From the NCBI RefSeq assembly GCF_000143415.4, contig NW_003314269.1, positions 2,531,176 through 2,595,175 of the forward strand: a stretch of DNA of 64,000 nucleotides. Direction: 5' to 3'. The DNA comes from Selaginella moellendorffii (Eukaryota; Plantae; Lycopodiophyta). Each line of letters opens with the position of its first letter. The first letter of the stretch is position 1. A program made the translations under genes and the position numbers. The notes beneath the pieces were generated by a model, which did no database searches, had not been told where the DNA came from, and saw only the letters and a list, made by a program, of their open reading frames with translations. This document shows, in pieces, positions 49,838 through 60,410 of the stretch.

Positions 49838-50166
49838 ATGTCTACTTGGTTCCCTAGCATCGAGCCGATCAGCGTGGAGAATCCCTGGGAGTGGTCGATC
49901 GCTGCGAACGAGGAGGCGCTGCTAGCTCAGGAGGAGGCCGAGCTCGAGGAGAAGGTGAGCGCATTTCTTGACAGCTGCAGCATCAGGGTTTCATTTGGAG
50001 GGATTTCCAGTGGAACGAGATCAAGACTGCGAACGAGGGGATTATCCTGGGCAAGACGACGGCAGAGAACGATCCGGAGGAGTACGATCAAGATGGGGAG
50101 GAGGAGGAAGTCGACAATGTGGAGGAGGAAAGCGAAGGGGAAGAGTTTGAGCAAGAGACCGTTTGA
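49838..50166 (+). CDS. APC15: Anaphase-promoting complex subunit 15 (exons 49838-49954, 50011-50166)
   Basis: Spliced: MSTWFPSIEPISVENPWEWSIAANEEALLAQEEAELEEK|WNEIKTANEGIILGKTTAENDPEEYDQDGEEEEVDNVEEESEGEEFEQETV*; matches recalled plant APC15 motifs (EELLLAMEE..EEK.NEIR, IGK, EESEGEEFEQET) and the animal MSTLFPS start. Confidence 0.85.
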
Positions 50167-50192
50167 GCAGCTACAGTAGTAGTTTTTGTAGG

Positions 50193-52312
50193 ATGAGCTC
50201 CAAAGCGACCGATCGGGTCGTGATCCATCTGGTAAACTTGGTTCTTTTTCTTTCGATCTAGTATCTCTTCCTGTTTATCCCTGTTTTGATTTTCTTCTTA
50301 ACAGGATGTCGATTGCTTCTATGCTCAATCTGAGATCTTGCGACGTCCTTGGCTTCGAGATCGACCAGTCGGTGTCACTCAGGTGTCCTTTCTTTTTTTG
50401 TTGTCTTCCCATTTTTCTGTTCTAATTCTTTTGTTGGAATGATATATCTTGCAGAAGTTCCTTGTTGTTACTTCCAACTATGTAGCTAGGCAGCTTGGAG
50501 TCCCGAAAATGGTTCCTGTTGACGAAGCCAAGAGATGGTATGCTTTCAGTGCTGGTCTTTTTACTGTTAGACAAACATAGAATCATTTTGCAGTTGCTCG
50601 GACTTGGTGCTGATCAATGGAGAGGACCTCACGCCTTATCGGTATGCAAGCAAGCTGATCATGGAAGTCATCAAGAGATTCGGGACGGTTGAGAAGTATG
50701 TGCCTTAACTTTGCTTATGTATTTGCTTCTAAACGAATATTTCAGGAGAGGTCTGGACGAGTGTGCGGTGGATGTCACTGAAGAAGTTCTCAAACGCGTT
50801 GCAAGTGCCAATCCAACTTCTTTTGTCGGCCATGTACTCGGCGGTGATTTAACTACGCAAGCTACCCAGGGAGACCTATTGTTGATGGTGGGAACTCAGT
50901 TAGCTGCTGAAATTCGCTGCGCGGTTGAAAAAGAAACTGGCTATCAGTGCTCCTGCGGCATTTCTCACAATGTAAGTGCCTGCGTCATGAGTATCATCTT
51001 TGTCATTCTTTTGCATTTGTGCAGAAAATGCTGGCGAAAATGGCTTGCTCGCTAAACAAGCCAGATAAGCAGACCTGTATTACTCAGTCAGCTGTAAACG
51101 ATTTCATTGTTCCTTTACCAGTTCGCAAGGTGATCTTAAACATTCTTATGGAGTGCTTTTTATGTTTAAAGGAAAAGCTTTCAGATCCCGGGAGTTGGAA
51201 GGCAGACAGAGGCAACTCTAAAAGAAATGGGAGTGGAAACCATGGGAGATATGCAAAGTCTTACTCTGGCGCAATTGTCTTCCAAGTACGTAAAATGCAT
51301 TCTGTGAAAAGCTTAAATTTTTACATTGCTGAATGTAGGTTTGGGGATCGATTTGGAAACCAGCTGTTTGATGCATGCCGTGGCCACGACTACAGTCGTG
51401 TTCAAGACAAGGGCTTTTCAAAGTCTCTCTCGGTTGAGGATTCCTTCAAACCATGCTCTTCTCTGGACCAAGCAAAAGTAAGACTTAACTCGAGCTGCAT
51501 ACGTGTAACCTCTGTTTGCCTTCAGGAGATTCTAAGCTGTCTTGCTCCGGATTTGATTGCGAGGCTCGACGAAGACAAAGCCGAGACGGAACGTACACCG
51601 AAAACTTTTACAGTGAAATGGAAGTCTCGAGGGGTCTGGTGAGCGAGTGTTCTACTCCTTCTGGTCTTTTATCATAACTTGGAACTGCAGGAAATTCACG
51701 AGCACATCAGCTGGGATGCCTGCAGAGCTGCTATTGGCGACCGTGCCTTTGGGAAGAAGAACGCAAGTGCTGGTCGAGACAGGCTTGAGACTCCTTTCTC
51801 AAAGCCTCCAGGGTCGTGAGTTTTGCGTCCTTAACATTGGTGCAACAAACTTTATAAAAGATGGCTCTCCAAGCTCGGCAGATATACGCTCCTTCATGGC
51901 GAGACCATGCAACACACAGTCGGGCGTTTCACCAACCCAAGTTCGTGGGAAGAGACAGGCAAGAATCGAGAGAGAAGAATCGACACACATCAGCAAAGTT
52001 TCAGTGTGTATTCCTGCGAGCTCTTCCAGTCCAACCGAATTTGAAGAGGATGCGGAAGACGTCTCAGCGGACAGCTTTAAATATTCTTTTCAAGTTCCAG
52101 GGCCTGAATCGAGGAGGATTGGACTGGAAAATAATAGCTGCTGCTCCCAGTGTGGCGTGGAATTTCTAGACGAGCGAACGAAGCAGCAACATTTGGATTT
52201 TCACTTGGCTTTACAGCTGCAGAAGTCCGAGAATCGATGGCTCGATGCCATTACGCCTCCACGCAAGAAAAGACAACGAAATGGTACACTTGACTTTTTC
52301 CTGTTGAAGTAA
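50193..52312 (+). CDS. POLI: Y-family DNA polymerase, iota-type core with C-terminal UBZ, NLS and PIP-like box, multi-exon
   Basis: RVVIHL|DVDCFYAQ, RPVGVTQ|KFLVVTSNYVARQLGV, LVLINGEDLTPYR, GLDECAVDVT, GTQLAAEIR, CSCGISHN|KMLAKMA..NKPDKQT, SLSVEDSFK. Confidence 0.88.
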
Positions 52313-52522
52313 GGTGTACTCTTTGAACTCAAAAAATGCCATATGTTAATCTTCTGGATTGTAATCCATGGGTGGATGCTCTTCAACTATGCTAGTGGCC
52401 CTGAGAACTTTGTCCTCGGTGAATATCTTGAGCACAAATGGGGTATCGTCTGTCCTTAGAAGCTGCAAGGAGCACATTGATTATAATAAGGTTAATTTTT
52501 TTCTTTCAAATTATTATTTTTA

Positions 52523-52785
52523 AATATTGATATTATATTATTACCAATATAAGCTAAATATTAAATTATAGCTCATAATTATTCTCCTGATGTTGCAAAA
52601 GGACGGTTAAAATTAATTATAGTTTCCTGTCCATTTGAGTTGGTGGTGTTTGATTTGATGGGGCCTGCTGGCAATAAGTATGTCTTTATTACCTCTAACT
52701 ACTTGACTCAGTTATAATATAATATTTAGCTTATATTGGTAATAATATAATATTAATATTTAGCTTATATTGGTAATAATATGAT
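52523..52785. repeat. AT-rich inverted repeat of about 47 bp enclosing a retro-integrase fragment
   Basis: atattgatattatattattaccaatataagctaaatattaaattata pairs with 52714-52760; the spacer reads PFELVVFDLMGPAGNKYVFITSNYLT. Confidence 0.65.
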
Positions 52786-53858
52786 ACGAAGCTCTTACTA
52801 ATGTATCTACAATTATTTTTAGATACTTCCTCATCAATTGAGTAGTATTCTAGCATTCCTGTCCGGAATGAATTCTTTCAGATAATACTATGTCACTCAA
52901 GGAATTTGAAGATTAGAAAGAAAGTACCATGGAATTTTGAAACTCTATTTTGGCTGTGTTCTAAATTATACATTACAAATCCATGGTCTTTTAGTTGAAA
53001 AGGGCTTTTTGATACTTTGCTATAACATGATATAATGTATATTTTGTAACGCACTAGAATCTAAGAGGATTGAATTTCAAATTTTTCTCTAAACCTTTAG
53101 ATTTGAAGGTGTTTGTTTTACCAATAGTGGATGACTTTGAGGTCTTGATTTTGTGTAAACACCTATGCAGCCAAGTAGTTTCTAGTGAGAAACTCTTCCT
53201 GTCTCTTTCTATGACTAGAATCTTTTTATATAAAAAAAATGGTGTAGGGTCCTACAAGAGAATTGGAGCAAATTGTAAACTTTTTTTGCAAAGCTTTTTC
53301 TTCTATATCCTTAGTTGAAGTCAAGATGGCACTATTGTATGAAGTGAGGAAAATTGAAAAAGGTAGACATTGAGAAGAGGAGACATATGTTGAATAATAA
53401 ACTTTGTCAACTAACTAACATTTGCTTAGCAATTTCTAGTTCTTAAATAAAGTTATAACATGTCCAATGTTTTATATTTGAGTAATTTTTCTATTAGTGA
53501 GTGCATGGAATATGGAAATGGAATACAGAAATGTGCATATCAATTAGCTTAAACTATCACTCGCTCTTTATATACAGAAGCAATTGGTTTGGATTGAAAC
53601 CAATCTGACATTTATTAAAATCCCACTATGCTAATATTAATATATGGCATTATAATTGTATGCTTGGACCTTTTATAGTGGATGGGTTAGGATCTAGAGG
53701 AACATTAGGAGGAGGTATCAATGGATTTGTAGGTGGTGTCAATTGTTCATGCCTTTGTACAAAGCATTTCAGCCATTACACATGTATAATTTCTAGAGGA
53801 TTTGTTTGTTGGATATCATGCCAAACCTCATAAATTTGTGGTCTAATTTACCATAACT

Positions 53859-54451
53859 ATAAGCTCCTCGATTTGGACTTCCTAAAAGGTCACCCAACCT
53901 AATATTATTCAAACCCAAGGAGACTTAATCCCAAGTATCCCAAGGCCCTTAATTGATTAAAAAATGGGGTGCACCCTTATTCATGGGCTCTTTTATTTTA
54001 TATTTAAACCTCTATGGATCATCTCTTGAGTTTTTTTTTTTAGTTGTTTATAATCCATCACACTTTCTTGCAAGTTCACACCCTTGTGAATGAAAGTTGA
54101 GAACTGCAACTTTCCCAAGAGCCATGCTCTCTTGACACCCTACCCCTTGAGTCGAGCCTAGCTAGAGCAAAACAAACCTACCAAATATCAATTAACATGT
54201 GGTGCAATTCCCTTAAGTCAACCAATAAAGTCAAACTTAAAACCCCTCTAATACCAAATATAAACTCCTTGATTTAGACTTCTTGAGATTTCACCAACCC
54301 AATACTATTCAAACCCAAAGACACTTAACCTCAAGTATCCCAAAACTTTTAATCAATTGAACAAAAGGGTACACCTTTGTTCATGGGCTTTTTCCCTCTA
54401 TATTTGAACCCTTATGGATCATATTTTGAATTGTTCCTTTTGGTTGCTTAC
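53859..54451 (-). mobile_element. Cassandra-type TRIM (two LTRs of about 193 bp with a 5S rRNA-like segment, internal region of about 205 bp)
   Basis: Direct repeats 53859-54052 and 54258-54451; PBS-like tggtattagagg and PPT-like gtgatggat on the minus strand; LTR carries 5S A/C-box similarity. Confidence 0.8.
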
Positions 54452-54789
54452 AGTAGCACCCGATACGGTCCCTTCTATTAAACAATAAGCCCTTTAGATA
54501 AACCATGTACCATAAGATTGGGAAAACAAATTAACACTAAGTTATCCATTTTGTATTCTGCAGGTGGATGATGATGGGAGTTGTAGCATTATTGCTGTCC
54601 CACTTGTACATAGCCTAGGTTTTTGGCAAACTCTGCTTAGATAAGTGGAAGAATGTTTATCAAATACTAATCCTAAGACATAGCATTAACAGCTTTTGGC
54701 AATCATGAAGGTAAACTCAACTCTATTAATAGTATTGGATCATAACTATATAGGAGTTCATATGGTGAAGCACTAATAAAACTTTACAC

Positions 54790-56130
54790 TCTTATGACAT
54801 ACTGTAAGCGACTAAATTTTCCATTTTATTTTAGTCACTTAACCACACATTTGACTACTTGGAGGAGTCTCACTCACCACCTCCATAAGTCTTATTCTTG
54901 ACTTAGGGATATACTAGTCTTATGAATGGCATCTATACCACTCAACCTTTGCACTTGGTCTAAGTGCTTCACGTGTCCAATCCCACTATAGACACCCAAA
55001 GATACCATTGACATATCAACTTGTTATACTAAGATTATATCCATTCACTTTTGTCTCATTGGTAATCCAAGACCACCCATACTATAGACCCATCTCCCAA
55101 AGATTATGCCATCTATCCATAAGTAGTCATCCCTTGACCACACTTTAACACCCTTATGATGCCTAGAAACATGAGGAACACCCTTCTCCAATATCCTTCC
55201 ATTGGTCCCTACTAAATCCCACTTCGTCCTCAGTAGTGTTCACCAACCCTGCCACTGAGTAGGGCCCATAGGCCCTACCACCAAGTCCCATTGACCTCTA
55301 GGACTTCCTCACCACGTGACTATGCCCTTGATCACTATACAAAAAGTCCACTCTTCTTTCTTTCCACAGTCTGGGACTTTGGGATGACATTTCTAAACAC
55401 TATGGCCTTACGTGAGCCTCATGGGTACTCTCCCCACCTTCTACCTTTAGGTGCCCTAGCCATATGGCTATAGCAAGGTTTTGATGAGCCACACTAGATA
55501 TCCAAGTACGTAGTGCCACCCACACTTGGATTGGGACCATTGACCATTCAATTTCCTGGGGGAGCTAAAGATGGTTCTTGAACACTTCACCAAATTACCC
55601 CACTTGTCTATTTGCATTGACTTTAGCCTTGGACTCCTCAATGATTATTGTAAGCGACTAATTTTTCCATTCTACTTTAGTCACTTAACCACACCTCCGA
55701 CCACTTGGAGGAGTCTCATTCACAACCTCCATAAGTCCCAGTTACGACTTAGGGCTTGCTAGCCCCAAGAATGGCATCCATGCCACTCAACCTTTGCACT
55801 TGGTCCAAGTGCTCTACGTGTCCGATCTCATGACTGACACCCTAAAGTACCACCGACCTCTCAACCCGTTACGCTAAGGCCATGCCCATTTACCTTGGTC
55901 ATGCTGGTGGTCCAACACCACCTGCATTGCAATCCCGTCTCTCAAAGACTAAGCCATCCGTCCATGAGTGATCATCCCAGATCCACTCCTTAGCATTCTT
56001 AGGATGCCCACCGACATGGGGAATAGCCTTCCCCAGTATCTCTTTTCCAGTCCCCACCAAATCCCTTTCTATCCATGGCCGTGTTTGCCAACACTACCAT
56101 TGGGTCAAGGCCTGTAGCCTAGTGGTCAGC
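54790..56130 (-). mobile_element. Degenerate LTR-retrotransposon gag/protease remnants, internally duplicated (about 54800-55260 and 55645-56105)
   Basis: Repeated block gtaagcgactaa.ttttccatt.ta.tttagtcacttaaccacac; minus-strand LSGMDAILG protease-like motif; no intact ORF. Confidence 0.5.
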
Positions 56131-56149
56131 TCATCACCCAACACCTGAG

Positions 56150-57010
56150 TACAGCCTTCTTGGGCCAAACTGGCCTTTCCTGGCTAAACTGGCTCCATTG
56201 CAGTCCTCCCCCTCACTATACTTTTGGAGCTCACCAAACCCCCCAGGGTCGGGGAGACAAACGCTTTGGGCTTTCACCCTCTCAGACTCGAACTCAGACT
56301 TGGACTCGGACTCGGACTCGGACTCGGACTCAGGCTTGGGCTCGGTCTTGGCCTCGGCCTTAGTCTCAGTCTCGGTCCCGGTCGCAGTCTCGGTCCTGGT
56401 CCCGGTCTCGATCTCGACTTTGGACTCCATCTTGGGTCTTTCTCAGACTCCATCTCGGGTCCATCTCGGACTCTATCTCGGACTCCATCTCAAGTCCATC
56501 TCGGATCCATCTCGAACTCCATGTCGGGTCCATGTCGGGTCCATGTTGGGTCCATGTTGGGTCCATCTCGGGTCCATCTCAGACTCCATCTCAGGTCCAT
56601 CTTGAACTCCATCTTGGACTCCATCTCAGACTCCATCTCGGGTCCATTTCGGGTCCATCTCAGATGCATCTCGGACTCCATCTCGGGTCCATCTCGGGTC
56701 CATCTCGGGTCCATCTCGGACTCCATCTCGAACTCCATCTCGAGTCTATCTTGGGTCCATCTTGGTTCCATCTTAGACACTTCCATGTGTCATGTGTTGG
56801 TCCTCTTGTGTCCCTTTTCTAGAGACTCACTTATTGCTTGCTCCGTGCTTGTTCCTTGAGCACTTTGTTAGGAGTTCCACTCCTGCTCTTGATCTTTTAA
56901 GTCGGAGCTTTTAGTCCAAACGTGTTACGTTTGTTTGGTTTTCGCTTTGGCCACTACCACATGGCACCCTTCCGGCTCCACTTTGGGGCTTAGGGATTTT
57001 GTGTCTCACA
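56150..57010 (-). mobile_element. LTR-like repeat (family A) containing (ggactc)n and 11-12-bp gggtccatctc/ggactccatctc arrays; other copies end at about 59712, 60729 and 62585
   Basis: All copies end at gggattt(t)gtgtctcaca (TGTGAGAC on minus); shared gacacttccatgtgtcatgtgttggtcctcttgtgtcccttttctagagactcac. Confidence 0.7.
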
Positions 57011-57059
57011 ATTATATCATCACCCACTATGTGGGTATAACCTTCCTTGGTCACACTAT

Positions 57060-59312
57060 GTCGCGAATGTGACTTCGGGTATCGAAAGTTACCTGTCGGC
57101 AAGTCCTTACGGACACTCTTACCTTACTGCCACGATAGCAGGAGGTTAGTGTTGCTAGACCCTTTATCAGCCCCTCTTGTTCAAGTGTTAGTAAACTGGA
57201 CTTTGCATCTGTACTTGGCCGGATGAGCATAAAGACGGAATTCCTAAGTGTCTATTTAGCCAAGCATACTTGGCCTGGCTTTTTAGTTCTCTTTTGCTCT
57301 GTCTTGCACTGGCTTGATAAGAACCCTTGCGTATTGAGACTAATCCCTCAATATCGCTAGATGATAGCTTATCGTGTCTGCCAAACACCCTCGCTATCAT
57401 GCCCTTTGTGTTAGTCTCATTTCGGTCCCAAATACTATTTATGGAAAGTGTCCAGATTCGCTCATTTGGCATATCTATGGAATGTAGAGATCGGCCTGAA
57501 CACAATGGTGTTCGTCTCGTGTCCAAATTCACAATCTAGCACCATTCCATATTTAGTAAGTTTCGAGCTTGTCCCAGTAGTATAGGGATAGTAGTAGGGA
57601 TAGTGGGTAGGTCGGGCATGGCCGACCAACCTGAGGCATAGTTTAGCTCCCGCTTGCGTGCCTGTCTTTGTTCTGCATTCGGCTTGGGTCTAAGCCCAAG
57701 CTCCACACAATGCTAGTTGGTGGAGTACCCATATCCTCATGTTAGGCCACTGGTATGCCGAAATAGCGCCAGACTCCGTTTGGCTCCGTTTTGCGTGCTA
57801 GTCCTAGCATTAGGATGTTGGTTGCTCTAGGATTGTTCCAAGTCGCTCCGGGCTCCTGTCCCTTCGCTCCTTGGGCTATATGCTCGAGAGTTGCTCCGTG
57901 GTCTGGTTCCATCGCTCCTTGGCTCCATGCTTGGGAGTTTGGCACCGTTCCTTCGTTCAGTGGCCCAAGGCCCTGAACCTCGGGTTCTGCACCATTGTTC
58001 TTTGGACACGTGGCATATGACACATGGCATGTGTCACGTGGCATAAAGAGGGTTTAGGTTCTGCTTCGTGGTGTTATCCTATGGTAAATCACCATAGGAT
58101 GAAGGGTCAAAACCACGTGCACTACACACTAGCCGTTCTTAGCCAAATTGATTCCACTAGAGTCCTCCCCTTATTATCCTTTTGGAGCTCACCAAACCCC
58201 CCAGGGTCTGGGAGATGATCACTTTGGGCTTTCACCCTTGGACTCGGACTCAGTCTTAGTCTCAGTCTCGGTCTTAAATTCGGACTCATTCTTGGCCTTA
58301 GGCTCGGTTTGGTATGGGTCTTAATATCAATCTTGGACCCAGTATTGGTTTCCATCTCAGACTCAACTTTGGGCTCCATTTCGGACTCCATCTCTATAGC
58401 GCACTTGAATTTGGAGCCGAACTCCAAACCCGTTGTGTTATGAAATGAGGGTTCAGTACACTCACAATCCCACAACCACTAGCTCCCCATATTTAGCACC
58501 TACATGCTAAATGGTGTTAAACAGTGTTTAGCATGATTTTGGCATACCGGTGGCCTAACGCGAGGAGGAGGGTACCCCACCGACTAGAGCAGTGTGGAGT
58601 TTGGGCTTAGACCCAAGCTGGATACAGAAGAAGGGGCGACACAACCCAGTGAGAGCCAAACTAATGTCTCATGTGGTCAAACTTGCATTCCAACCACTAT
58701 CCCTACTATACATTTAAAACCCCCATAACCCCCGTACCGTTGAGGACACACGCTTTGGGCTTTCACCCTTAGCCTCCCTTAGTATCAGGAGTTAGTCTCT
58801 AAGACAAGTGTGAAACTTACTAAATATGGAATGGTGCTAGATCGCAAATCCGAATGCAGGAACAACACCATAGGGCTTAGAACACTCTATATTCTGTAGA
58901 TATGCCTCTTGGACAGATTTAAACATTTACCATAAATAGCATATGGATTCGGAACGGAATCAACATATAAGACATAATAGTGAGGGTGTTTGGTGGACAT
59001 GGTAAGTTACCATGTAACAATATTGAGGGACTAATATTAATATCTTGGGGGTTCCCAACACTAGCAAGTGCAAGTTAACAAGTGAGTTTCTCTAATCAAG
59101 TCAAGTATATTTGACTAATAGCATTTAGGAATTCCATCCTTATGCTCATCTGGTCAAGTGCACACGCAATGACCAGTTTCTCAACTAGCTTGAGTGGAGA
59201 CTATAAAAAGAACCAACAATACCAACCTCCTACCGTCATGGCAGTAAAGAAAGAGTGTCCATAAGGACTACCCAACAAATATCTTTCGATATTCGAAGTC
59301 ATATTTGTGACA
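57060..59312. repeat. Two oppositely oriented copies of a repeat of about 700-770 bp (57060-57765 and 58538-59312)
   Basis: tgtcgcgaatgtgacttcgggtatcgaaag versus ctttcgatattcgaagtcatatttgtgaca; gttaggccactggtatgcc versus ggcataccggtggcctaac. Confidence 0.7.
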
Positions 59313-60079
59313 ATCTCATACTCCTTTTAAACTCTAATTGGACTTTATCTCGGACTCCTTCTTGGACTCCATTTTGCATTTATCTTAAACTCCTTCTCAA
59401 ACTCCATCTCAGACTCTAACTTAGAGTCCATCTCGAACTCTTTCTCAGACTCCATCTTGAGTCCATTTTGGGTCCATCTCAGACTTGGTTTTGACATATC
59501 CATGTTATATATTGGTCCTCTTGTGTTCCTTTTCTAGAAGTTCACTTATTGATCATTTCGTGCTCGTTCCTCGAGCACTTCATTGGGAATTCCACTTCTT
59601 CTCTCGACTTTTCAAGTTAGAGATTTTAGTCTAAATGTATTATGCTTATTTAGCTTCTACTATATAGCACCCTTTTGGCTCCACTTTGGGGCTTAGGGAT
59701 TTGTGTCTCACAAATCCACCACCCATAGATGAAGTTCAATGTCCTCATTGAGTGATAAACAATTTCATAAAGTAGCTCTATCATGGATTACTATTTTCTT
59801 TAGCACCAAGTTAATATTTGACATTAGAGCCTTACCATGCCTTTCCCATCCTCTAAGGAACATAGTCTCTCTAACTTAAAGTCTCATTAGACCACATATG
59901 ATGGTTCTCTCCCTTTGTTTGTTTAGTTTTCACTAAACCCATTAAAGACACCTTCTCTATCTCAATCTTACTATTTATTCTGGAGTAATCTTAGCCTCCA
60001 TCAACATAATCATCATACTTTGGAATTATAATATTTATTTTTCAAATAAATTTCCTTACATTGCATATATCCACTTAGA

Positions 60080-60410
60080 GTTTTTGCTCTCTTCACCCTA
60101 CCCCTCAGGTTGAGCCCAGCGGGAGCAAATTGGACTTGTTAGATGTCAATCAACATATGTGGTGCCATTCTTCTAGCCAATCAATAGAGTCGGATCCAAG
60201 ACTGCTCCGATACCGAATGTAAGCTCCTAAGTTTGGACTTCCCAGAGGTCACCCAACCCAATACTATTCAAACCCAAAGACGCTTAACCCCAAATATCCC
60301 AAAACCCTTAATCAATTGGAAAAATGGGTGCACTCTTGTAAATGGGCCCTTTCCCTTTATATTTGAACCCTATGGATCGTATTTTGAGTCATTCCCTTTG
60401 GTTGCTTACA
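60080..60410 (-). mobile_element. Partial Cassandra TRIM (internal region, PBS and best-preserved LTR, 60218-60410)
   Basis: LTR bounded by TGTAAG...CTTACA; minus strand GTTAAGCGTCTTTGGGTTTGAATAGTATTGGGTTGGGTGACCTCTGGGAAGTCC resembles plant 5S rRNA. Confidence 0.8.

Noticed and set aside
49829-50179. 116-aa Arg-rich ORF as the Pol iota N-terminus
   Set aside because: It is read-through of the APC15 intron; the spliced product is APC15 and no canonical splice I tested joins it in frame to the polymerase
56134-56859. GLGL/DSISGP repeat ORFs and a CRISPR-like look
   Set aside because: Short tandem repeats inside an LTR; no unique spacers, no cas genes, eukaryotic context
60230-60292. 5S rRNA gene
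   Set aside because: Only the internal promoter segment, embedded in a TRIM LTR; not a full 5S gene
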